A stretch of DNA of 61,834 nt, counting the filler, from Globobulimina sp. (Eukaryota), in NCBI GenBank assembly GCA_003354225.1. It is 26 parts of 26 records of this genome, joined end to end, with 100 filler letters (N's around TTAATTAATTAA, not from the genome) between each part and the next. Parts side by side here need not be neighbours in the genome. Positions count along the whole stretch, not along the records: positions 9,534 to 11,816 come from PIVH01007672.1; positions 11,917 to 14,199 come from PIVH01007673.1; positions 14,300 to 16,582 come from PIVH01007674.1; positions 16,683 to 18,965 come from PIVH01007675.1; positions 19,066 to 21,348 come from PIVH01007676.1; positions 21,449 to 23,730 come from PIVH01007677.1; 20 more parts are not named here. One strand, 5' to 3'. The notes below the pieces were generated by a model that saw nothing but the letters and a program-made list of their open reading frames with translations, did not search any database and was not told the DNA's origin. Within the stretch, counting starts at the first letter, position 1, and each line of letters begins with the position of its first letter. Position numbers and translations under genes: made by a program. Below, one piece after another: positions 11,779 to 23,114 of this stretch.

Positions 11779-12034
11779 GGCTAAGCCGGCCTATAGTGGA
11801 CGGCCGCCATTAGGTANNNNNNNNNNNNNNNNNNNNNNNNNNNNNNNNNNNNNNNNNNNNTTAATTAATTAANNNNNNNNNNNNNNNNNNNNNNNNNNNN
11901 NNNNNNNNNNNNNNNNTTTGGTAGGTAGGTAAGTATTTAAGTTTTAAAGGAAACACAAAAAGTCCCATAATCTGTAGAAACGCGTTTCTTCTGTTTTTTA
12001 AGACGAAATTCCCAATTAAATTAAGTGAAAAATA

Positions 12035-14002
12035 TCATTTAAAATCAAATCTTGTCAAGACAATATATTTCATTCTAACCTGTCCAACATCATAAACCAC
12101 AAATTCATTATACAATAAACTTCCATTCTCAATCACATTTTCATCATTATTTTCTACCAACGGTCCTAACCTTAAATTATATCCATCGATATCCACATTA
12201 TTATTATCCTCATGGTTTGGTATATTTTTGCCAACGCCCTGTACAGAATGATAGCCATCCGGTGGTTTGTCCATATATTTTGCATTTATAACCGGATATA
12301 CATTACCCAATGCAACTTGACACACAATCAATAATCCAAATGGATGTAATTCCGTCGCATGGATATAATTTGCCGATTTTGAGGCACAATCCGAAAAATA
12401 AATGCCTTTACCAAACATATAGCCAGTACTGGGTGCTTCGGGTGGCGCGATACGTAATCCCTGCGATAATATACCAACAAAATTAGATAATCTCGAACCA
12501 TGATATAATAACTTACAATTCCCATTCACTTTGCCTTCAAATGCCTTTCGAAATGGCAAATGTCGAAATTTTGAATAATTCCTATCCACTTCAAATATAT
12601 TCAATACATTGAGCTCAAATCTATTGTGTGTCTCAGCGTGTGTGCCCTGGATAGATTTGACAATATTCTTATACTCAAGTGAGTACTTAGAAAGTTTTTC
12701 AATGTCACAGTGCAACGCAGAATAATGCACATCAATCGGATTTTTCCTTTTCGATCGTTTCTTTAATATCTTATTTGTAAATATCATTTGTTTCAAGGTC
12801 TCGATTAATTCAATTTCTTTATGTAACCGTTTTAATGTGTTAATAATCGGTGGTCGAACCATCCCAAAATCGTGCGGGATGACGGTATAATACTTACTCG
12901 TTAAGCCACTATATTTGCTCATATTATTCCTATTATTTCTGTCCACTAAAATGTCATTGATTTTGCATAATATATTATATCCTTTGCCCACTTGCGATGT
13001 ACTTAATTGTCCCAACGGTAATCGATTCAAATCGAATGAAAATGTTTTCGCAGTGTCAAATTGCAATTGTTTGCAAAATATTATTTTCAAAACACCCACC
13101 AACGACGCATCTAATTTCGATGCCGGTACTTGTTGGAATTCTTTTTCTTTTCCTTGTTCTGCTTCGGAATTAGTACTTTTTCCATCGTCATCAGCTCCGT
13201 TTTCATTGTCCTCCTCCGATTGCGACGACATATTATGATTATGGTTGTTGTTGTTGTTATTATCAGCCATGGCAACGGGAACATATTTACCTTTGACAGC
13301 GCGAAAGTGTTTGTCACCAAACTCGTTTTTGGTTTTGTCTTTGAATTTTTTTGCAAATTTCTCAACGGCCATTTGCTTCGAATCGTATATTTCTTCATTT
13401 GTTTGTGCTTTGTTGCCAACGCGACCCCATTTGGTGATAAATTTATATTGTTCGCCATGTTTATGTTTTAATAATTGAATGGCATAAAATTTATTATGTC
13501 CTTTGACTCCGTATCCGATATCGGTTTGGTTTAACATTATCGAATAACGAATGTTTATATTCGGATCGCAATAAATTGCAAATAACTGCGAATTTTGCTG
13601 GTTTGTATAGTCAATATCCATTATGGTGACTTTCTTGTTTTTCTTATTTGTATTCTTATCATCAATATCATGATTTGTGTCAATATCAATATTACTTTTA
13701 ATATATGTGTCTAACTCATCGAAATCGTCGGTTACTGTTTGTTGCAAATTTGAAGCAATGTATTCATCCATTAACGAAGATATCACTTCACCATAATTTG
13801 ATAATTGGCCAGTTTTTAAATTAAATTTTATTTCTAATTTTGATCGTAACGTAGGGACTGTCATTGAGCTGATATCATTCTCATTGATCATCTCTTCGAT
13901 TGCCTGGCATGTTTTATGTGTGTATTAATAGAGTGGGTTGGGTATTAACACATATTCTGTAACTTGTTTTAATTCAGCTTTTGCCACTGGTAATTCAGCC
14001 AT
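12035..14002 (-). CDS. Poly(ADP-ribose) polymerase (DEK_C-like, WGR, regulatory, catalytic); intron 13904-13963
   Basis: KWGRVG (WGR), LPLGQLS, YYTVIPHDFG, LLYHGSR, GYMFGKGIYF, YNEFVVY: H-Y-E triad intact. Exon 1 is MAELPVAKAELKQ. Confidence 0.95.
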
Positions 14003-14299
14003 TATGTGTGCCACAGGATATAAAGTTTTGTGTAAAATAAAATTAGTAAAATACAAAGAAAGTTTTTGGGCATTTACCAACATTCCCTTTATCACGATCA
14101 CTCCATCAAATCGTTTGAATTTCTTTGAATACGAATAAGATGTGCTTCTGTATTGAAAACGAATTGATTCAACGGTACCAGAGCCGCAGCATTTGGATTN
14201 NNNNNNNNNNNNNNNNNNNNNNNNNNNNNNNNNNNNNNNNNNNTTAATTAATTAANNNNNNNNNNNNNNNNNNNNNNNNNNNNNNNNNNNNNNNNNNNN

Positions 14300-14576
14300 G
14301 GTGCCTGGGATAATGCAAAAAAATTAATTGAATCGCAAAATTTAAAAGATACTGAAGGTTCGTTGTGTGTTTGTCCGGTAATGCATAGATTATTAATTTT
14401 GTTTTTGTTTTGTTTCAGTGCATAAAGCGGCTATTACTGGGGATACGGTCGGTGATCCATTCAAAGATACTGCAGGCCCGGCACTGCATGTTGTTATTAC
14501 TACGATGTCGACTACCTCGTTGGTGTTGGGTCCACTGTTTGTGGCTTATGGGGCGATGCAAAAGAATATTCAATGA
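14300..14576 (+). CDS. H+-translocating pyrophosphatase, C-terminal fragment; intron 14358-14418
   Basis: [11 protein letters not shown]...[22 protein letters not shown] after splicing. Confidence 0.93.
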
Positions 14577-14762
14577 TTTCTAATAAAGTGACACTTTTTC
14601 ATAACCATTTTCATCCAACATAGAAGTTTTTGCATATATTTAAAAGAACGTTTCTTTCCAAATCCGTTTGCTAGTTTTTTTTTGATTGTGAGCTTTTTTA
14701 AATCATCATCACATTACAAGGTCTCAACTTCAATCGACAAGCTGAAGTTTTGTGGTTGCAGC

Positions 14763-15455
14763 ATGTCAGGAGAAGCTGAAGCTAGCTGGAGAAGTGTAGA
14801 TGACACAGACACATGGATTGACTTTATAAAACGTGCAGCAATGGTTTCCTCGTTTTTTATCTCAAGTGCTGTTACCTGGTACTATTTGAAAAGGAAAAGG
14901 AAAAATTTAAAAGAGAAACAAAAATTATATTTGGCAATGTGTGGATTAGGATATGCTGCACAAGTTGCTTTGAAATTATTTTACATTCAAAGACATCGTC
15001 CAGTTCCAATGGAAGAATGTGTCGGATTTGTTATTTGTACGCCTTTAATGTATTTGCTTCCTGCATATTTGGCCAAGGCAGAACATGGCAAATTGGTGAC
15101 AATCAAATATGTTTTGGGTGCATTCTTATATATTTTTGGATTATTTCTTGAAACTAAAGCGGAATATGACAGGAAAATATTTAAAGATAATCCAATCAAC
15201 AAAGGCAAATTGTACACTATTGAATGGAACGCATATTCGAGGAATCCCAATTACTTTGCGGAAATATTGATATTTAGTGGGTGGAATATGTTTACATTCA
15301 ATAATTATTTGATATGTTTGGAATCATTGTTGATGGCAATCTCGTTTTATACCTATCATATACCGGAAAAAGAAGAATATTTAAGCAATAAATATGGCGG
15401 CGAATGGAATAGTTACAGCCAAAAAGTCAAAGCATTAATTCCATTCATACTTTAA
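14763..15455 (+). CDS. DUF1295 / steroid 5-alpha-reductase-like membrane protein
   Basis: Several TM helices and KGKLYT..WNAYSRNPNYFAEIL...EEYLSNKYG.EW..Y...V..LIPFI. Confidence 0.8.
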   Translation: MSGEAEASWRSVDDTDTWIDFIKRAAMVSSFFISSAVTWYYLKRKRKNLKEKQKLYLAMCGLGYAAQVALKLFYIQRHRPVPMEECVGFVICTPLMYLLPAYLAKAEHGKLVTIKYVLGAFLYIFGLFLETKAEYDRKIFKDNPINKGKLYTIEWNAYSRNPNYFAEILIFSGWNMFTFNNYLICLESLLMAISFYTYHIPEKEEYLSNKYGGEWNSYSQKVKALIPFIL

Positions 15456-15697
15456 CTACCAAAGTATGACATTACTGGTATATAATACAAACTTAATCGA
15501 TTGAACTAAAAACGATCGTTAATGTTTAAAACTTTTTGTTCTGCAATCACTTGAAGGGAAGGGATTAGTAATGTTGCATAATTGCATTCGTTCCTTTCCA
15601 TTTTTCTTCTGCCATTGTTGATGGCAGTTCAACAAAAAAAAACTTTCATCACCAATTTAAGACATCTTTAACAAACAATAAGAAAGCCACAACTGAA

Positions 15698-16193
15698 ATG
15701 TCGTCAGAGTTAGCGTCTTTCATTGAATCCACTCAATCCAGAATAGCACAGTTAGGGCGTAATGCTACTTCTATTGATGATATGTTAATGGATCAGAAAC
15801 CCGCAGAACAACAATCAAGTGCGTTAAGCTTATCTTATTTATACATTTGTACATTGTAAAATATTACAATGCAAAACAAAAAAAGCAGTCGAACATAGAA
15901 GTTTAATCGCTCAATCAAACATAGTACAAAATGAAAATAATAATGGTGCAGTGAATATTAACATTGATGATAACGAAGCGCATGAAGGCCGTGATGATAT
16001 CGAAAATGAAGGCGGTGATGATATTTCATGGAACGTTAGATTTGAAGTGGTGATTGTTGTGATTACCGCTTTGATATTGCTTGTGGTGTTGGGATTGGGC
16101 GCACTGATAATTGTATCCTCCATTAAAGTGGGTGTCGTTAATGATTCAGAGCCTGTTTCTTTTGAAAATTATGTATTAAAAATTATTAACTGA
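15698..16193 (+). CDS. Small single-pass membrane protein; intron about 15819-15888
   Basis: ATG exon, GT-AG intron, then an exon with a long hydrophobic stretch. Confidence 0.5.
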
Positions 16194-16773
16194 TTATTTT
16201 TTTTTGATGAAAAATTCATTAAAGTTGTATTATATTAATATTCTTTTTTAATATTCTTTTTTTGTATGTATTAATATTCTTTTTTTTTAATATTTTATGT
16301 TACCTCTATACATTTTATTTGCATGTTTTATTTTGTATATGAATATCTAAATAACTTTTTGAAGTTATTTTTTTTTATCTAAATAACTTTTTGAATGTTA
16401 TCTCTGTACAATATATACTGTATACATTATAATAAAATTAGAGATGTGTACTGCTGTAATTTAATTAAATAAAAATCTTGAATGAAACACAATACATGAT
16501 ATCGTTATGTTGAGCAACATTCCGAACCAGTCTCAATTTCAAGTCATAATCATTATTTATAAACCGCCATGGAAAGGACGGGNNNNNNNNNNNNNNNNNN
16601 NNNNNNNNNNNNNNNNNNNNNNNNNNTTAATTAATTAANNNNNNNNNNNNNNNNNNNNNNNNNNNNNNNNNNNNNNNNNNNNTATATATTTTCGATTGTA
16701 CTATCATGTCATAATAATATGTATAAATAACATTATTTGCAGGTATGTTATTTGCTTCTAGCAGAGATCCTCT

Positions 16774-16826
16774 TTCTTCATGCTCGGTATACAACAAAAA
16801 ATCACGATTGGTTTATGGACGTTGCC
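16774..16826. repeat. 53-bp interspersed repeat, copy 1 (probable DNA-transposon end)
   Basis: Reverse complement matches 59290-59342 with 1 mismatch. Confidence 0.85.
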
Positions 16827-17177
16827 ATTTTGTATATTCTGTTATTTGTATAATATGTCTTCATTTGTTTTGAGTTTACATAAAAACTGAGTGAATCATA
16901 TACAAACTTCTATCTGAACTCGTAGTTTGATCAGTAAGCTAGTCTGGAATCGGACTTATGAGTTACGTCCTGATTGAGTTTTGCCACCAACTATTATTGT
17001 TTTGTTTTGTTTGGAGATCCTCAGTAAAATCAAACACAAGAAGGAGCGCAAGGATCTATTTTTTGCTTAATTTAACTTAAACTAATCTCAAAGTAGTTAA
17101 TTGTTTGAATGTGAATTGCAGATATTATATATATGTGAATTGAATTAATCAGTATGTTCCGAATGATGACTAATTAA

Positions 17178-17977
17178 CTAATCCCGATTGACCTTTTTCA
17201 TTCCGGATGAAGGCATTGAACGTATTGGTTGTCGCACTTTGGGCATAACAGGAACCGCTTTTTTCTTCTTCTTTTTTTCAACAATTTTATGTTTTCTTTT
17301 ATATTTTTTCTTTTTAAAACAGTCACACGGAATATAAGAATGCTTAATCATATGTTCGATTTGTCTCTTCATTGTGATCGTAAATAAGACAATGAAGTAC
17401 AACAATAATATTGGCCAAAATACCGGGATGTCAAATATTGAAAACAAGGTCATTGCCATAGATACAATTACTGCTTTTGTCGCTGACCACCTTTCATTAG
17501 TTTGCAGTTCAGAATTATGCGAAAATGCGCACTAAAAATATGAATAGACAGCATACCAAAATTTGAATTCAGGCACTCTACGAATAAATGGTTGGAATTC
17601 AGGCTCATCTTCCTGTCCACCAAAGGTAGGTAAGCGTGGACCGTCATTGCTATCCATATCGTCCTGAGGCTGTAAAAAGCCTATAAATAAATTCAATAAA
17701 TAGATACCTAATCCATAGGTTACAATATAGAAACCCTGCAAAAACCACACACGAAGCAAGTACAGAAGTGCTAGACACGCGAATCCCACCCATCTTAATA
17801 TTGAATGCGGCGTTGATTTATCCTATATATTAATTGTATTAATGTACACATCATTTCATTAATACACATGGCATCCTATAACGTAACAAGTAATATTTGA
17901 CTTCTTCTTCTTAATGAAAATACCAATCGTTGAACAAATGGTTTTGATATTATTTCATCTCTCGTTGTCTGAGCCAT
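17178..17977 (-). CDS. RER1: Retrieval receptor Rer1, two introns
   Basis: [73 protein letters not shown]. Confidence 0.95.
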
Positions 17978-18269
17978 TTGGTTTCAAATACAAATTTGAT
18001 CCGATAATGTTAATCCGATCTGATTACAAGAGTTTACGTTCAGTGCTGATATCGAACTAATTACTATTAACGTTGGTAACAACAAAAAAACTTATTTGAA
18101 GCTTAAGCTGAAACTAAAACTAAAACTAAATTTTGAAAACATCCCAAAGTTCGCGCGTTCTCTGCATTAAAGTGTTTTACTTTTTGGCAATTTGTCCAGG
18201 TATGTACAAACTCAGCTGCATTGTCGGAATTATGAATTACAAAAATAAAATATCAGCGCAATTCCAAGC

Positions 18270-18965
18270 ATGAGTGATAGAATCCTTTTCTATTTCACTG
18301 CAGGTTTGATTATCGGATCAATCATCACCATCTATAATGCAAAATCGACACTTTTTTCCACAACAAAGTCAAGGAATAAACAGTGGCATTTTGATTGGGA
18401 TGGAAAGCACAATTTATCTAAAACTCCGACGTCGACTGGAAAAAAGATAATAACACTAATTCGTCACGGTGAATATGAGCGAGTTGCAGGTGATATAAAT
18501 GATGAGAAGCATTTAACAGAGAAAGGACAAGAACAGGCTGTGCTGACTGGTCAAAGACTTAGAAACTTGGATATTGAATTCGATAAAATATATTGTGCAG
18601 TCTTCGTACGCGCCCAAGAGACCTGCAAACTCATTGTTGAACAATTACAGTACAATACGTTAGAGGATGTAGTGTATGATGGAGATTTAAATGAAGGAAT
18701 ACCAACAATGATGGAACCATTTAGAGGTTATAGAACAAGGAAAATTATTTGCACGAAATCAAAAGAACATCGCCAAACATAAAACGTGCGTTTTCAAAAT
18801 ATTTTCATCGTCGAAATGCAAAAGATATGGATGTATCAAATGCAAACAATACAAATACAGAAAATGTGTTGATCGTTGGACATGGCAATGTGTTTCGGTA
18901 TTTTTTGACAAAAGCATTGCAGATTGATACGACTGCCTGGGCCAGATTCAATATATACAATTGTG
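18270..18965 (+). CDS. PGAM5: PGAM5-like histidine phosphatase, 3'-truncated, frameshift near 18733
   Basis: N-terminal TM, WHFDWD, LIRHGEY, LTEKGQEQA, RAQET, LNEG; in another frame AFSKYFHR...IVGHGNVFRYF..ALQ...W.R. Confidence 0.88.
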
Positions 18966-19193
18966 NNNNNNNNNNNNNNNNNNNNNNNNNNNNNNNNNNN
19001 NNNNNNNNNTTAATTAATTAANNNNNNNNNNNNNNNNNNNNNNNNNNNNNNNNNNNNNNNNNNNNGTGCCTTAACCATCACTCATTAATAATAACAGTCC
19101 ATTCTTGAGGCCGCCGAAACTTCAAAAAAAAAGCAAAAAAAAAAGAAAAAAAGGAAATATGACTATCCCACTCAAGAAAATATTACCCAAGCA

Positions 19194-20180
19194 ATGTATG
19201 ATGCAACTCAACAAACAATATATTGTCTGTATGGATACATTCACGAAACTGAAAAATTATTGAACACAGATCAGTATATTCCAAAAGGAATCATCCATTT
19301 ATGTTTAACTTATTTTCATATTCCCAGCTCACATTCATCCAATCCATTATCACAAAATATTGTTTTCGAAAGACCTCGTGTCACATTGGAGGATGTTGTC
19401 GGATTAGAAACAGCAAAACAAGTACTCAAAGAAACGATTATTTTACCCATAAAATTCCCAACATTGTTTACGACAGAAAAAAAATCTAAACCAACCACTG
19501 TATTATTATATGGTGCTCCTGGAACAGGGAAAACATTGTTATCCAAAGCTATTGCAAACTGTGCAAACGTCCCAGCATTTGTCCATATTTCAATGCCGGA
19601 TTTATTTTGCAAATGTGGGGGTGACTCAGCTGAGTTATTAAGAAATCTGTTCAGTTTGGTCCGAGATAAATTGCCCTCTGCATCTTTGATTGTTTTTGAT
19701 GAAATCGATGCCTTTCAAAGTGGACATTTTGTTGACAACATTGCAACAGAATGGTTAGCTCAAATGGAAGCCATTCATCATTCTCAAATTGTTATTATTG
19801 GCATTACAAATCGTCCGTGGAATTTGCAGGTCGCAGTTAGAAGAATGTTCGAGAAACGAATATATATTCCAATGCCGGATGGTGCAGCACGCGGAAATAT
19901 GTTTAAGTTACATGTTGGGAATACAGCAAATTTGTGTGATGCAGATTATGTTAGTTTGGCAGAACAAACTGAGGGATTTAGTGGAAGTGATATAAGCGCA
20001 GTTACACATGATGCTATTATGGAAACTGTTCGTGCTGTTCGAGGTGCAGATGAAGAAAGTAAAATTGTGCCGGAACCGTTAGAAATGAGACATTTTTCGA
20101 AAATATTGGAAACTGCTCGTAATTCTGTGAGTGAACAAGATGTTCAAAGATATGTTGTGTGGGGAAATGCGTTCGAATAG
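19194..20180 (+). CDS. Vps4/katanin-like AAA+ ATPase without MIT domain
   Basis: DVVGLETAKQVLKETIILPIKFP, GAPGTGKT, FDEID, TNRPW, RRMFEKRIYIP, TEGFSGSDI. Confidence 0.88.
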   Translation: MYDATQQTIYCLYGYIHETEKLLNTDQYIPKGIIHLCLTYFHIPSSHSSNPLSQNIVFERPRVTLEDVVGLETAKQVLKETIILPIKFPTLFTTEKKSKPTTVLLYGAPGTGKTLLSKAIANCANVPAFVHISMPDLFCKCGGDSAELLRNLFSLVRDKLPSASLIVFDEIDAFQSGHFVDNIATEWLAQMEAIHHSQIVIIGITNRPWNLQVAVRRMFEKRIYIPMPDGAARGNMFKLHVGNTANLCDADYVSLAEQTEGFSGSDISAVTHDAIMETVRAVRGADEESKIVPEPLEMRHFSKILETARNSVSEQDVQRYVVWGNAFE

Positions 20181-20272
20181 AGCGAGTTATGATGTTTCTA
20201 ACTTTAATAAATGTTTTTTTAGTGTTTTAATAGGAGAAACCTTGAGTTTTCCGATAAAATTAACGCCAAACC

Positions 20273-21348
20273 ATGCTTTCTAAATTGGGCAAACGGACGC
20301 TAAATGTGTTACACTCATCATCACCACTTATATCTACCTCCAATCGATCATTTCGATCCGATTTATTTGGAACCGATGTATATAGATGGAGGAAGAAAGA
20401 TGATTTAGCTTATCTTCGTGCCATGGAATATGTGGATGTGAAGCCGCCCACCATCAAAGTAGCAGTGACCGGAGCATCTGGCAACATTGGATATGCCTTA
20501 TTATTCCGCATAGCATCTGGAGAAATGTTTGGCAAAAACCAACGAGTACAGTTACATTTATATGACATCCCACCAATGATTGAGAAGGTAAAAGGTGTCG
20601 CCATGGAAATCTATGACTGTGCCTTCCCGACATGCGAAGGTATATTAACCACCGACAATTTAGACCGAGTTAAGCCTACACACTACGCATTATCGCATAG
20701 TATATGTGCGAGGATATCAATATAAATCTAGGCATTCGATGATATTGATGTCGCTTTGTTGGTTGGCTCCAAACCCCGCGGTCCCGGCGAGGAAAGAGCA
20801 GATTTATTAAAAGGAAATGGTGTCATATTCAAGCAACAGGCAGATGCATTGAATAAATTTGCTAGAAAATGTGTCAAAGTGACTGTTGTGGGCAATCCCG
20901 CCAATACAAATTGTTTAATTTTGGCCAATAACTGTCCTGATATTCCCATTGAGAATTTCAGTGCAATGACGCGTTTGGATCATGACCGTGGTTTGGCCCA
21001 AATGGCCAAGAAGGCACAGTGCCAATTACGGGACATTCAGAATTTCTGTATATGGGGCAACCATTCACCGACAATGTTTGCGGACTTAACCAATGCCAAA
21101 ATAAATGGAAATGATGCATTGACTGTATTGCAAAATGTCAATCCATCGGAGGATATTCAGAAATGGTATAATGAGGAATATATCCCTTGTGTTGGTAAGC
21201 GAGGTGCGGCCATTATTGAGGCGCGGGGATTATCGTCGGCAGCCTCCGCGGCCAATGCCTGTTTGGCACATAATAGAGATTGGGAGTTGAATGTGGATGA
21301 TAATTGGAGATCGATGGCGATTTGCAGTAATGGAGAATATGGGATTTC
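20273..21348 (+). CDS. MDH: Malate dehydrogenase (MDH1/bacterial type) with N-terminal extension, 3'-truncated; intron 20669-20731
   Basis: [83 protein letters not shown]. Confidence 0.95.
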
Positions 21349-22241
21349 NNNNNNNNNNNNNNNNNNNNNNNNNNNNNNNNNNNNNNNNNNNNTTAATTAA
21401 TTAANNNNNNNNNNNNNNNNNNNNNNNNNNNNNNNNNNNNNNNNNNNNGCAGATAGTTTTTAAATTGTATGTAATTTATAATTACATTATTAATAATAGT
21501 TTATTATTCATAATATATATATATATATTTATTTTCAGACCATTGGAATCTGCGACTTCTTCCAACAATAAATTCAGTGTAAAAATGCCAAATATTAAAC
21601 ACCAAACAAATGATAAAAATAATGAGTTAGAAACTCATTATTCAATGTTTGCTGTGAATAAATTATTTGGTAAATTGTAATATTTATTTGTTACTTTAAT
21701 ATTAAAATATCATTATATACAATATTATTACCAATGTATCTACGTTTTTTCACATTTTATATTTGTTTTTCTTTGATCTATATTAAATATACAAAAGTTG
21801 GGGAATTTGGCTTGTAAATAAGAGCAAACAAACCAGCAATACGTGAATTATTTTTATTGTTTTGTTGTATTTTTTTTCTTGCAAAATTTTTTCCGTGTGT
21901 TTTGTTTTATTTTTTTTTATATTTTTTTGTTATATGTTTTTTTGTATTTATTTTTTATTATTTTCTTGTTCAAAAATTACATCTGTTACGTGTCAAAAAA
22001 GATATGATGATGGTGTGATAGCTGCATCCCAACGGCAGTCATCGCCAACAATTTATATAAAAAGCGTTCGGTCTTCGACTGCGTCCGCTAGTGAATGTTT
22101 TTTAGGATTCAGATCATGTCACATGTCACGAAAAGTATTTGGGATTAGTAATAGTGTAATATAAGTTGTCACGAAATCCTCTCATTGTTACATTATAGAT
22201 TTATAGAATGAGTATTGGTACACTTATAATATTATATATAA

Positions 22242-23114
22242 TTAAAATACAGTATTTGTATCTGGTGTGTTCTGTTCCTGTTCAGTTTCATCATCAGAGG
22301 ACAACACAATAATGGCATGAACACCATTTATTTGATCCTCTTTCAATTTCTTCATGATATCCTTTGTTTTTCTGCGTTTTTTCATTCTTTTTATACTATC
22401 GGAAATATCTATCTCTTGATTCAATTTCCTTTTCTTTAATGGTGGCTCAATTGGTGGACCTGATGCTATTTCTATATCTGATCCATATCCGTCGCATTTA
22501 TTATTTTCTTTATATAAATTGTTAAAATCGGAAAAACTGTGCAATTGTATCGGATTATACTTATCCACATATTCGATTTTATCGCAAAAAAAATGCATTT
22601 TATTTTCATTTCGTAATTTTTCTTTCCATCTTTTTAATGAATTCTCAATATTTACGCCATTATTTATTGATTGCACACAAATGTCGACTGCTTTTGATGG
22701 TGATTTATCCAAAAATAATAATTTATTCCTGGCAATGGCCATTTTATTATATTTTTTTGTGTGGTAAAATGTTTTGTCATTTTGAGTCACCATATTATCC
22801 GTCGCCCGATAATACCATGACACATTCGCTTTTGCTGCGTCTTCATCATCAATGAAAAGGTAATTAATACGCGCCACATGCCATCCTTTTTGCTTCTTAT
22901 CTCTTTGTGTCATTATTAATACATTTTGTTTTACATAATATTTATCATTGTTATGATTTACACGACTAAAATAATATCGCCCTTTGACAGGTTTTGCAGG
23001 ACACTCACTTTGCTTTAATTCGTCGGATTCATCAAAATATGGCACATCGTCATCACTAGCTTGCTTTATTGGTTCTGATTTTATCTTCGTGTCAGTGAAC
23101 AGATGGGCAGACAT
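22242..23114 (-). CDS. Stand-alone BAH-domain protein
   Basis: YYVKQNVLI...WHVARINYLF...ANVSWYYRATD...LLFLD...VQSI...FFCDK, plus basic NLS-like PPLKKRK. Confidence 0.7.
   Translation of the reverse strand: MSAHLFTDTKIKSEPIKQASDDDVPYFDESDELKQSECPAKPVKGRYYFSRVNHNNDKYYVKQNVLIMTQRDKKQKGWHVARINYLFIDDEDAAKANVSWYYRATDNMVTQNDKTFYHTKKYNKMAIARNKLLFLDKSPSKAVDICVQSINNGVNIENSLKRWKEKLRNENKMHFFCDKIEYVDKYNPIQLHSFSDFNNLYKENNKCDGYGSDIEIASGPPIEPPLKKRKLNQEIDISDSIKRMKKRRKTKDIMKKLKEDQINGVHAIIVLSSDDETEQEQNTPDTNTVF

Larger units (their letters stand above)
9534..11816 (-). mobile_element. Non-autonomous LTR retroelement: 5' LTR (>11816 to 10342), 361-bp non-coding core (10341-9981), 3' LTR (9980 to <9534)
   Basis: Direct repeat 9541-9795 vs 11570-11816 (about 18 substitutions plus 8 nt of indel, counted by eye). 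On the minus strand one LTR starts TGCCGT at 9980 right after a purine tract GGGAAAGGAG. The other ends ACGGCA at 10342 and is followed by PBS-like GGCGCCGTTTCC. TATA and Inr lie inside the repeat. No long ORF. Confidence 0.75.

Noticed and set aside
9534-11816. Circular CRESS virus, plasmid or viroid-like replicon
   Set aside because: The terminal repeats differ by roughly 7% plus indels, so they are not an assembly overlap. I saw no Rep ORF, nonanucleotide loop or hammerhead core. LTR signals explain it better.
16900-16995. Two small hairpins downstream of RER1 as an sn/snoRNA
   Set aside because: No recognisable box motifs or snRNA signature; stems are short.
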